A DNA stretch of 64,000 nt from Dehalococcoidia bacterium (lineage in GTDB: Bacteria > Chloroflexota > Dehalococcoidia > UBA6926): contig CBDBNN010000001.1 of NCBI GenBank assembly GCA_965207895.1, forward strand, positions 182,312 to 246,311. The letters are read 5' to 3'. Made by a program: the position numbers and the translations under genes. Under the pieces are notes generated by a model, which had not been told where the DNA came from, did no database searches, and saw only the letters and a list, made by a program, of their open reading frames with translations. Every line of letters begins with the position of its first letter. The stretch's first letter is position 1. Below are positions 1-10,120 of the stretch, one piece after another.

Positions 1-1616
1 CCTCGGCGCTCGGCGGAGAAGGATTCGATTTCTGGCGTTCCAGCCGCATGGTTGCCGTACCCGGCACGATCAGCATCACGGAGTTCCCGTTCTTCTCCTA
101 CCTCTTTGCCGATCCTCATGCGCACATCTTTGCCATGCCGTTCACGCTGGTCGCCGTCGGCCTCAGCCTTGCCGTAGCACTCGCCCTCTATGAACGGCGC
201 AGGCTCCTCTCAATCGTCCTGCCCTTTGGCGCCCTTTCTCTAACACTTGGCGCGCTGTTTGCGGCCCATTCATGGGACTACCCCACATTCCTGTTCATCG
301 CTGTCGCTGCCATCACCGTTGCCCTGGTCGCGCGAGGAACCGACTTCAAAACAACAATCATGCTGACTCTCGCGGCCACTGCCCTCTTGGTCGGAATCAG
401 CTTTGCCCTCTTCGCTCCGTACCACGCCACCAACGCCACTTTCTATACGGAAATCGTTGCCAGCAACGAACAGACCCCCATCCGCTCACTGCTTGCCATC
501 TTTGGTCTGCCATTGCTGATCATCGGCGTCTCTCTCCGCCCGGCTGTGTCAATCGCCCTCGGGCTTTCCAGTGCCGGACTTCGCGAACTGCTCAGAGAAT
601 TGCGTTCGCGCGTCTGGCCGCCCGAAGACACTGGCACTGCATTCCTAACGCGCTTTGGCAGCATGGTCGGCGGCATCATCCTTGCAGCAGGATTCCTGAC
701 TCTTTTTATTGCAGGCTTCGGCAATGTGGCGATCACAGCCGCGCTTGCCGCTGTGATGCTGGCGATCACGTTCTCAACACATCTGCCTCTACCCGTGCGC
801 CTGTCATATGGCGCGGCCTCTCTCGCCTTTGGCCTCATCGCCGCCGTAGATATCCTTGCCATACAGGACCACCTGGTCCGAATGAACACGATCTTCCGTG
901 TATACCTGCAGGCGTGGCTGCTGCTCGGAATCTCGGCGGCGCTCCTTCTCTGGTGGATGCTCCACTCCGGCGGCGCGCTCAGGATGCCCGGCATCGGCCG
1001 CATCTACCGAATCTCCTTCTACGTGGTACTGGCCATTGCTGTTCTCGGTGTGGCCGTCTATCCGATTCTCGGCACAAAAGCGCGTCTTGCAGACCGCATC
1101 GATACGGACATCCCCTTGACGCTGGACGGCTCGGCGTACATGCAAGACGGAACATACATCGATGTCGACGACACCGAGATCATCCTGCGCCATGAACTGG
1201 ACGCCCTCCTCTGGCTGCGGGAGAACGCCCAGGGACTTCCCGTGGTTGCCGAGGCCGGCTTGCCGCCCGTCCAGAACGACACTCCCTATTACCGCATTCA
1301 GTCCCGCGCCGCCATGTACGCGGGTCTGCCAATGATAGTCGGCTGGCCCTGGCACCAGAGACAGCAGCGCGGCATCGGCATCGCGGAGCCGGAGATCGAC
1401 CGCAGGCAGGCGGACGTGAGAAGCCTCTACACGTCCGGCTCCCCGACTGTTATCAAACGCATCCTGGACGAATACGATGTCGGCTACGTCCTAGTCGGTC
1501 AGACGGAGCGGGCATACTACCCCGACGAAACCGTCACCGCGCTTGAACGGCATCCACAACTCCGGCTTGCCTACGAAAACGAAGCAGTTCGCGTGTACGA
1601 GGTGGCAGACAGCTGA
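1..1616 (+). CDS. Polytopic membrane protein, N-terminally truncated by window start (DUF2298 / Chlor_Arch_YYY-like, tentative)
   Basis: Reading frame is open from the first base through to stop at 1614-1616. There are many hydrophobic helices and a C-terminal soluble domain. Resemblance to DUF2298/TIGR03662 is from memory only. Confidence 0.55.
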   Translation, partial: SALGGEGFDFWRSSRMVAVPGTISITEFPFFSYLFADPHAHIFAMPFTLVAVGLSLAVALALYERRRLLSIVLPFGALSLTLGALFAAHSWDYPTFLFIAVAAITVALVARGTDFKTTIMLTLAATALLVGISFALFAPYHATNATFYTEIVASNEQTPIRSLLAIFGLPLLIIGVSLRPAVSIALGLSSAGLRELLRELRSRVWPPEDTGTAFLTRFGSMVGGIILAAGFLTLFIAGFGNVAITAALAAVMLAITFSTHLPLPVRLSYGAASLAFGLIAAVDILAIQDHLVRMNTIFRVYLQAWLLLGISAALLLWWMLHSGGALRMPGIGRIYRISFYVVLAIAVLGVAVYPILGTKARLADRIDTDIPLTLDGSAYMQDGTYIDVDDTEIILRHELDALLWLRENAQGLPVVAEAGLPPVQNDTPYYRIQSRAAMYAGLPMIVGWPWHQRQQRGIGIAEPEIDRRQADVRSLYTSGSPTVIKRILDEYDVGYVLVGQTERAYYPDETVTALERHPQLRLAYENEAVRVYEVADS

Positions 1617-1689
1617 ACTGGGCAGGTTTGGCAATTCGGGCGCCGATGCCCAATACTAACCACAGTGGTTTCGCTAGCGAGGTACGTTT

Positions 1690-1971
1690 TTGGCCGACAT
1701 CATCGCGATCATCCGGGATATCGTCATCATCGTCTGGGGTGTGCTTGGCATCCTGGTGTTTCTCGCCATCATCCTCATCGCGCTGGCCATCCTCCGCTCT
1801 GTGAAGCCTATTCTCGAAAACGTTCGTGGAACGACAGGGGAAGTTCGCACGGCCACGCGCCTCGTTACCGACGCCATCATCCGCCCAGCCGTCCCGGTCA
1901 TCAGTTTCTACACCGGCATCCGACAGGGGTTTCGTGTCCTGCGAAGATTCGGCCGCCGTGGCAGCGGCTAA
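1690..1971 (+). CDS. Small membrane protein (hypothetical)
   Basis: 93-aa ORF with TTG start. A weak GAGGT sits about 8 nt upstream. It has one strong TM helix followed by a basic tail. Confidence 0.4.
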   Translation: MADIIAIIRDIVIIVWGVLGILVFLAIILIALAILRSVKPILENVRGTTGEVRTATRLVTDAIIRPAVPVISFYTGIRQGFRVLRRFGRRGSG

Positions 1972-2066
1972 GCTCAAACCATTCTTGGGTACACCTTGAA
2001 AACTGTATAATTGTTTCGATGCGCTCGGTGAAGCGCCATTAGGAATCCAGACGAAGGGGTGGCGCA

Positions 2067-2360
2067 ATGGTTGAACAAGATGACAGTGGCAATGCCTTGA
2101 CATTCCTTTTGGGCATCGTCTCCGGTTTGATTCTTGGTGTCGTTCTCGGCGTGCTTTTCACACCGCAGTCCGGTTCCGAGTCACGGGCCGATATTCGCAA
2201 CCGTACGCTCGGCCTGCGTGAGCGGGCGCGTACTGTCGGAGAAACGGGAAATGATGCGCTTCGCGACGCCATCTCCGAGGGCCGCGATGCTGCAATGCGC
2301 GCCGGCCAGGAAATGCAGGACTGGATTCGGCATAACCGCGGCGACGGTTCCGCAACCTAG
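2067..2360 (+). CDS. YtxH-like (DUF948) small membrane protein
   Basis: N-terminal TM helix LTFLLGIVSGLILGVVLGVLF followed by a charged helical region (RADIRNRTLGLRERAR...), typical of the YtxH family. Confidence 0.55.
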   Translation: MVEQDDSGNALTFLLGIVSGLILGVVLGVLFTPQSGSESRADIRNRTLGLRERARTVGETGNDALRDAISEGRDAAMRAGQEMQDWIRHNRGDGSAT

Positions 2361-2391
2361 AATCCCGAACTGTCACCGAGCCTGATCAAAA

Positions 2392-2424
2392 AGCGCCCCG
2401 CATCATAGGTGGGGCGCAGGTTTT
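2392..2424. terminator. Putative bidirectional rho-independent terminator between convergent genes
   Basis: GC-rich inverted repeat GCGCCCC...GGGGCGC followed by GGTTTTCTCC, lying between the stop of the YtxH-like gene (2360) and the stop of trkA (2438). Confidence 0.4.
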
Positions 2425-2437
2425 CTCCTAAGTTGCC

Positions 2438-3110
2438 CTACTCAGGCGCAACGCCCGTCAATGCCTCCCTCAACGCTGCTTCCTGTTCCTCCCGCGTAAC
2501 CGCAAGAACCACCTGCCCCGCCTGAAGCTGCAGTCCATTTGTCGGCGTGCTCACTGTCTGATCGGGACCCACAATCAGGATAATTCTGCTATCGCCGGGC
2601 AGCCGCAGAAAGCTGACCTCCTCCCCAAGCAGCGGCGAGTCTGCCGTTACTTCCACCTGGCACAACTCCTGTCCAGTCCCAGGCAGCGACAACACCTGCG
2701 TCAGTGGGCGTGATGGCATCTCCTGCACGATTTGCGACATGATCACATCTGTAGAGTTCACGGTTGCGTCCACGCCGAGGATCCTGAATATCTCCCTGTT
2801 CCGTGGATCATTGATGCGTGCCACCGTCCTCGGCACCCGGAATCGCGCCTTGGCCACCTGGCAGGCGATGAGGTTGTCCGCGTCATCCCCCGTCACGGCC
2901 ACAAACACGTCCGCCCTGCCGGTTCCCGCATCCTCAAGCACGCTCACCTCACAGCAGTCCCCCTGGTAGCTTGCGCTGCCGAGATCCTCGGCGATCACGG
3001 CACAGCGGTGGGCATCCTTCTCGATGCACAAGACTTCATCCCCGTTGGCCAGCAAGGCTTGTGACAGCCCGAAGCCAACCTTGCCCCCGCCCGCGACAAT
3101 GACGTACATA
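2438..3110 (-). CDS. trkA: TrkA/KtrA-type K+ uptake regulatory protein (TrkA-N + TrkA-C)
   Basis: MYVIVAGGGKVGFGLSQAL Rossmann GxGxxG motif plus a C-terminal TrkA-C-like domain. Start reassigned to the internal ATG at 3110 because the upstream gene stop is at 3114. Confidence 0.8.
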
Positions 3111-3113
3111 TCT

Positions 3114-3539
3114 CTATTCGTCCTCCGGCGCTCTGTCTGACTCGTCAAAGATCATTTCCCGCACCAAACCCGTCACGAACCGCGGCGAACTGAGCGTCTG
3201 AAGACCCAGTTCACGAAAAACATCCGCGCGGTTATCGTCATAAACCCGTGCGATGACACGTGGCACTTTGAAAATGTGCTTTGCCACCTGCGCGGCCATC
3301 AGGTTGCGGTTGTCACCCTGGGTCACAGACACGAATACATCCGTGTTCTCTATTCCCGCTCGCTGCAATGCCATTGAGTCAAGACCATCGCCGATGATGG
3401 CATTCCCACGGAATTTCGCCGTGAGACGCCGAAAAGCATCCTGCCTCACGTCCATGATTGTCACGTCATGGCCTTCATCGGTCAGGCTGCGAGCCAATCC
3501 GGACCCCACTCGCCCGCAGCCCATAATCACGAATCTCAT
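3114..3539 (-). CDS. TrkA-N (NAD-binding) domain protein
   Basis: MRFVIMGCGRVGSGLARSLTDEGHDVTIMD is a classic TrkA-N motif. The 141-aa protein is the N domain only. Confidence 0.75.
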   Translation of the reverse strand: MRFVIMGCGRVGSGLARSLTDEGHDVTIMDVRQDAFRRLTAKFRGNAIIGDGLDSMALQRAGIENTDVFVSVTQGDNRNLMAAQVAKHIFKVPRVIARVYDDNRADVFRELGLQTLSSPRFVTGLVREMIFDESDRAPEDE

Positions 3540-3569
3540 AGTCGGCTCATTCCCCGTCAGTCCGCCTGG

Positions 3570-4094
3570 TCAGCGAACGCCGTTCTGGTTGATGGGCGCG
3601 CGCAGAAGCCACAACGTAGATGAGACATGCTGCAGCACGTGCGCGGTAGCAGACCCCAGGCTGTAGTCTCCAAAACGCCTCTCATGGTCGATGCCCATGA
3701 TAACGAGGTCCGCGCCACGCTCCACAACCTCCGTTACAATCGCCGGCCCGGCCTGCCGCGCCTGCAGCAGTTCCGTGACAACACTCGTCTTCTTATGCGG
3801 CCAATGATCCTCGATATCCTTGAGGATTCGCTCGCCGTTCCGGACTTGCTCAGCCATTGGATCATCCAACGGCACCGCCCGCGGCACCTCAATGATGTAT
3901 AACACGTGTACGCGGCCGGATGACTCCCTCGCTACCTCGCCTGCCACTTTGAGGGCAGACTCATCCATTGACGATCCAACGAGCGGCACGAGAACTGTTT
4001 GCGCGGTAGGCAATTCACCTTTCCCGCCAAACAGACTCGCGAATGATCCAAGCCATGAGTCGGATCCCGTCTGCCGCCTTGCGCTCCTCATCAC
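3570..4094 (-). CDS. Universal stress protein (UspA family)
   Basis: VLVPLVGS...VHVLYIIEV...ADLVIMGIDHERRFGDYSLGSATAHVLQHVSSTLWLLR matches the UspA fold signature. The true start may lie downstream of the annotated ATG. Confidence 0.75.
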   Translation of the reverse strand: MMRSARRQTGSDSWLGSFASLFGGKGELPTAQTVLVPLVGSSMDESALKVAGEVARESSGRVHVLYIIEVPRAVPLDDPMAEQVRNGERILKDIEDHWPHKKTSVVTELLQARQAGPAIVTEVVERGADLVIMGIDHERRFGDYSLGSATAHVLQHVSSTLWLLRAPINQNGVR

Positions 4095-4103
4095 CGCCCC
4101 AGC

Positions 4104-4454
4104 TTACCCCTCCCCTCCAAGCGAACGGCCGCCAATCAGGTGCATATGGAGGTGCGGCACAGTCATGTGCGCGTCCGGGCCGCAGTTGACCGCGAGACGA
4201 TACCCGGACCTGGAGATTCCCTCGGATTCGGCGAGTCGATTCGCGATGCCTGTGAGAGCCCCCATGACTGGCAGCTGCGCGTCCGTGATCTCACCAACGC
4301 TTGGAATATGTTCCGTCGGAATAATCAGGATGTGGACGGGCGCGCGAGGGCTGATGTCACGGATGGCAAATGCCTTGTCCTCCTTGTGCAGGAACTCGCT
4401 GGGTATCTCCCCGTCGCGAATCCGACAGAATATACAGTCGTCTGCCCCTGTCAC
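4104..4454 (-). CDS. HIT family (histidine triad) protein
   Basis: CIFCRIRDGEIPSEF and HLHMHLIGG, the HxHxHxx histidine triad. GTG start. Confidence 0.8.
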   Translation of the reverse strand: MTGADDCIFCRIRDGEIPSEFLHKEDKAFAIRDISPRAPVHILIIPTEHIPSVGEITDAQLPVMGALTGIANRLAESEGISRSGYRLAVNCGPDAHMTVPHLHMHLIGGRSLGGEG

Positions 4455-4470
4455 CGGCCGGCCTCCACGC

Positions 4471-5304
4471 CTACCCTGTCAGGTTGTACGTCGCCTCGGC
4501 TTCCGCCACGCGTTCCTCTCTCTTGAGCTTGTCCAGGTGCGTGCGAACGTTCCCGGTCGCCGCTCGGCGGAGTTGCTTCTTCAGGTTCCGAGGATAGATG
4601 TCCTTGACCATCTCATCGACCTTCTCAATGCCTTTTTCAAGCGCGGAAACCACCTGATCCTCTCGCTCCTGTCGATGAGACATGTACCACGCGACAAGCC
4701 GGCGCCCTCGCGGCGGCGGCACCACTCCGCCATGCGCCGGAGCAATAGTGTCCACGCGCAGCTTGGACAGCTTACCGAGAGTCTTCATGTAGTCATACAG
4801 ATCATGGACAGACGAGGACGAGGAGCCCAGGATCGTGTCCCCCGTGAACAGCACCCGCTCAGCTGCAAGGTGATAGCAGACGTGGTCGACCGCATGGCCC
4901 GGCGTGAACAGCGCCCGCACTGCGACTCCCCCGCCTGTCCGCACCATCTCCCGTGACTTGAGGGGAATAACGAGTTCATTCTTGTGTCCCAGGACGCCCC
5001 GCAGCTGCTTTGCCAGCTTCGGGTGGCAGCGCACAGGCGCTCCCGTCGCCTCCTGGACCCGATCGAGTCCGCCGGTGTGGTCGCCGTGCCCGTGGGAAAT
5101 GAGAATTGCCCCGATCCTCGGTGATCCCAGCCCTTCCCAGTACTCAAGAATTTGCTTCGTCCATGAGCGATCATGTTCGCCGGTATCAAGTATCAGCATT
5201 TCCTCGGATGGATCGCCGATGAAATAGATGGTGGTTCCGCCCGGATGCATGTAGTGCGTATCCGCGATGTGGCAGGCGTAAACGTGGTCACTGATCTGTG
5301 TCAT
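4471..5304 (-). CDS. MBL-fold metallo-hydrolase
   Basis: ISHGHGDHTGG (HxHxDH) and a later TPGHAVDH motif. A GAGGAG RBS precedes the ATG. Confidence 0.8.
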   Translation of the reverse strand: MTQISDHVYACHIADTHYMHPGGTTIYFIGDPSEEMLILDTGEHDRSWTKQILEYWEGLGSPRIGAILISHGHGDHTGGLDRVQEATGAPVRCHPKLAKQLRGVLGHKNELVIPLKSREMVRTGGGVAVRALFTPGHAVDHVCYHLAAERVLFTGDTILGSSSSSVHDLYDYMKTLGKLSKLRVDTIAPAHGGVVPPPRGRRLVAWYMSHRQEREDQVVSALEKGIEKVDEMVKDIYPRNLKKQLRRAATGNVRTHLDKLKREERVAEAEATYNLTG

Positions 5305-5383
5305 TTCTACTCCTCACGGCTGTCCGCCGCCCGGTCTACCCTTCGGGCAACGCGAACGACTGTAGCGCGGCGGACGGCGATGG

Positions 5384-6079
5384 TCAACGTCCATCCTTCC
5401 CTTTCGCGTCAAACTGTTCAAGGTGCAGCTCCTCAAATTCCTTGTCCAGTCCTGCCAACACAAGCACGTCACCCCCGGAAACCTTCTCAAATCTATCCGG
5501 GTGAATCAGTGCCTCATTGCGATTGCGGATAATGAGCACCACGCTTAATTCATTTGCTTGGCGAGGATGCACCAGGCCGAGTTCTTCAATAGTTCTGCCC
5601 GCCATCCCGTCATTGACCAACACGGTACTGATCCCATAGTCGCGGCTCAGTTCGAAGTAGTCCTGCACACCTCTGAATGACAGGCTGTGCGCAAGTCGCT
5701 CGGCTGTATCAAGTTCCGGAAACACCACCCGATCCGCCCCCAGCTGCATGAGCGCGTTCCCATGCAGCTCATCTCGTGCCCGGGCAACAACGTCCGTCGC
5801 GCCGAGCGTCTTCAGCAAGACCGTGGTCAACAGGCTGACCTGGATATCGCCGCCAACTGCGACAATCACTGATTCGGATTCCGGCACACCAAGCTCAATG
5901 AGCGCGCCGCGGTCACTCACGTCCGCGACCATCACGTGTTGAAGCAACGCGGCGGATTCCCTCACCCGATTGGGATCCCTATCGATGGCGAGAACGTCCA
6001 CGCCCTTCAGTTGAAGATCGCGCGCCACGCGCTGGCCGAAACGGCCGAGTCCTAGAACAGCTACCTGTCCTTTTGCCAC
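5384..6079 (-). CDS. trkA: TrkA/KtrA-type K+ uptake regulatory protein
   Basis: VAVLGLGRFGQRVARDL Rossmann motif plus a TrkA-C-like C-terminal half. Lies directly upstream of trkH. Confidence 0.8.
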   Translation of the reverse strand: MAKGQVAVLGLGRFGQRVARDLQLKGVDVLAIDRDPNRVRESAALLQHVMVADVSDRGALIELGVPESESVIVAVGGDIQVSLLTTVLLKTLGATDVVARARDELHGNALMQLGADRVVFPELDTAERLAHSLSFRGVQDYFELSRDYGISTVLVNDGMAGRTIEELGLVHPRQANELSVVLIIRNRNEALIHPDRFEKVSGGDVLVLAGLDKEFEELHLEQFDAKGKDGR

Positions 6080-6109
6080 GTCAGCACTCTCCGATGGGTT
6101 GATCCTGTA

Positions 6110-7543
6110 CTAGCCTATCCTAACTTCCGCCTCCGGGTATCGGAATCGTGTATATCGTTCCCGATTAGCCAGCTCCAGCGCAAGGAAGAACGGCGCAAAG
6201 CGGCCAACAAACATCGACAGTATGATCACGCCCTTGCCAAAGTCCGACATGCCCGGAATCGTCCCCGTCGACAACCCGACCAATCCGAACGCTGACACCT
6301 CGTCAAAGAGGATTTGCACAAAGTGCTGCCCTTCCACCAAGCTCAGCAGCAACGCCATCGAGTTCACCCAAACAAATGCGAAACTCGCAATTGTGATGGC
6401 CCGCCGCACCTGCGCGTCCGCAATCTCCCGGCCAAAGATCGCCGCATGGGCAAGGCCACGAATGCTCGACATGACGGACGTGAACATCACCATAAAGGCA
6501 TTGATCTTTATGCCGCCTGTCATTGATCCTGCAGCTCCGCCGATCACCATCAGCCAAATCAGCAGAAATAGGGTGTGCTCGTATGTTGCACTCACGGCAA
6601 AAGTGCTAAACCCCGACGTTCGATTCCCCACCGCCATCACAAGGCCGTCCCAAATACGATTGACTATGGGCTGCGACCCCAGGGTTTCAGGATTGGACCA
6701 CTCAGTGATCAGGATCCCGACGAAACCGGCTACCGCAACCCCCACCATGCCTCCGACCACAATCTTTGCGTCCAACGGCAGCGTCAGCCAGCGCCTTCGT
6801 CGATAGATGATTATCAGGATGGCCGCGCCCGTCGCTCCAACGAATGAGAGGAGCGTGATTGGCCCGGCGACCAGGATTGAATAGCGGTACTCAAAAAGGC
6901 TTGGCGCGCCGCCGGTGATGTCGAAACCTGCATTGTGAAAGGCAGACACCGCGTGGAACAGGGCAAACCAGCTTGCCTCGCCCAGATGATGCCCTGCTAC
7001 GACGAAACCCACTATCAGGACAAGGAACCCAATGAACTGTAGAACGATGGAAATACGTATGACGTCCCTCGCCTCCTGGCTGACCCTCCCTAGCGCGCCG
7101 CCCCCCAGCGTTGCGCGCAGCGACTGCCTGTCAGAGAGAGATGCTCCCCGCTCACGTCCAAGGATGATGATTGCGAGACCGGCAACATAGCCCAGTCCCC
7201 CAACCTCGATCAGCAACAGGATGATGAGGTGACCATAGATCGACCAGTACTCGCCGGTCTCAACAACAATGAGTCCCGTGACGAAAGAAGCGGATGTCGC
7301 TGTGAAGAGTGCTGTGACAAAATCGGTCGCCGTGCCGTCCGCGCTCGCCCACGGCATCAACAGCAGGGTCGTTCCAAGAGCGATAAGCAGGCCGAAGAAG
7401 AGCGATATCCGTACGTACGGCGTGCCCAGGAATCGTGGAAGTCTCGGCGCGCTGGGCCGACTTATGGCGAGTCGACGAGATTGAGTGCCAACTGAGCGGC
7501 GCACAAGCCGCTCTCGGGGGCGCTGTCGATTATCGACCCCCAC
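6110..7543 (-). CDS. trkH: TrkH/KtrB family K+ transporter membrane subunit
   Basis: 477-aa polytopic membrane protein with repeated GxG-containing pore-loop-like segments (EVGGLGY, TGG). GTG start. Confidence 0.85.
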   Translation of the reverse strand: MGVDNRQRPRERLVRRSVGTQSRRLAISRPSAPRLPRFLGTPYVRISLFFGLLIALGTTLLLMPWASADGTATDFVTALFTATSASFVTGLIVVETGEYWSIYGHLIILLLIEVGGLGYVAGLAIIILGRERGASLSDRQSLRATLGGGALGRVSQEARDVIRISIVLQFIGFLVLIVGFVVAGHHLGEASWFALFHAVSAFHNAGFDITGGAPSLFEYRYSILVAGPITLLSFVGATGAAILIIIYRRRRWLTLPLDAKIVVGGMVGVAVAGFVGILITEWSNPETLGSQPIVNRIWDGLVMAVGNRTSGFSTFAVSATYEHTLFLLIWLMVIGGAAGSMTGGIKINAFMVMFTSVMSSIRGLAHAAIFGREIADAQVRRAITIASFAFVWVNSMALLLSLVEGQHFVQILFDEVSAFGLVGLSTGTIPGMSDFGKGVIILSMFVGRFAPFFLALELANRERYTRFRYPEAEVRIG

Positions 7544-7613
7544 GGCAGACTAACCGCCAGCCTCAGTGAAAACTATCACGCAACGATTGTACGCCCTGCC
7601 CGCAACCCGCCCC

Positions 7614-7645
7614 TGTCATTCTGAGCACAGCGAAGAATCCAAAAA
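7614..7645. repeat. Intergenic about 30-nt motif TGTCATTCTGAGCnCAnCGAAGAATCCAAA (copy 1 of 2; copy 2 at 17460-17491)
   Basis: The two copies are near-identical, at about 27 of 30 nt. Both lie in intergenic regions. Confidence 0.5.
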
Positions 7646-7731
7646 CTAATCCGCCAGACCAATCCCGAAACGTCGCCCAAAGAAAAGAGGCGCCCCATAG
7701 GACGCCCCTAATCGTCAACGTATTAGAAGCA

Positions 7732-8367
7732 CTAACTCTTGAATCCGGGATCCTCGCCCTCTTCCATCATCGTCAACGCGCGCTCGGCAACCTGCTTGAA
7801 CACGTCATACGGCTGCGCGCCGACAAAGAAGAAGCGCCCGATAACGTATGCGGGAATCCCCGTGACGCCGATGTTCAGCGCGTCCTGGTATTGCCGCTCA
7901 ACCTCTTCCTTATACGTGCGATCCTCAATGTGCTTGTGGAGTGTCGACCAATCAAGCCCGACTTCCTCTGCGATGGGCTTGAGATTCTCTACCACGCCGA
8001 GGTCAACACCGTCACCCCAATAGGCGCGGTACGCGGCCTCGTGAAACGCCTCGCCGACACCTGCCTGCTTGGCGGCCTCCGTCGCCTCCAACGCGAGCCG
8101 CGTATACGGAACACGCTCGGGCCTGTTCATCACGATGCCCGCCGCCTCCGCAGCCTGCTGCACGGGCGAGTTCGGGTTGTTGTAACGCTCTGGGCGCGGG
8201 ATGCCTTCAGGCGGCAAATCCGGGCGCAGGAAGAACGCGCGATAGTCAATCTCGACGTTGAAGTCCTGCTTCAGCTTATCGACCCGATCCTGGCCGATGT
8301 AGCACCACGGTCAAATATAGTCGTACCAGACCGTGACCGGTAATATGACGCCGGATGCGGTTGCCAT
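7732..8367 (-). CDS. DsbA/FrnE-like thiol-disulfide oxidoreductase with in-frame TGA at the first CxxC position (selenoprotein candidate or pseudogene)
   Basis: The ATG at 8367 opens MATASGVILPVTVWYDYI-[TGA at 8313-8311]-PWCYIGQDRVDKL, continuing in frame for 193 codons to the stop at 7732. The context matches the DsbA/FrnE dvvCPWCyiG active site with U in place of the first Cys. Confidence 0.55.
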
Positions 8368-8595
8368 GTCAAACTCCCATCAGCTCAATGGAACTAACGC
8401 CACTATACTCTACACGTCGACTCATTTGACCCACATGCAAGAGCGCAAAGTAGTCTCATATTCGGGTATCCGTCTCGCGCCCTGCCCTCTATACGGGTAC
8501 AATGACATGGAGTGACTGACATGATTGACGTTAGATAGGGAGAATTGAAGCTCGGCATTCTCCCAGCGAGCAGCAATTGAGGCAGGTGAGACTTA

Positions 8596-10086
<1,491 letters not shown>

Positions 10087-10120
10087 ATAGCCCCGATAAC
10101 GGCAGTTCGGCCAGGACTAC

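Noticed and set aside
8333-8515. 60-aa plus-strand ORF
   Set aside because: Antisense to the N-terminal segment of the DsbA-like gene; it has no RBS or motif.
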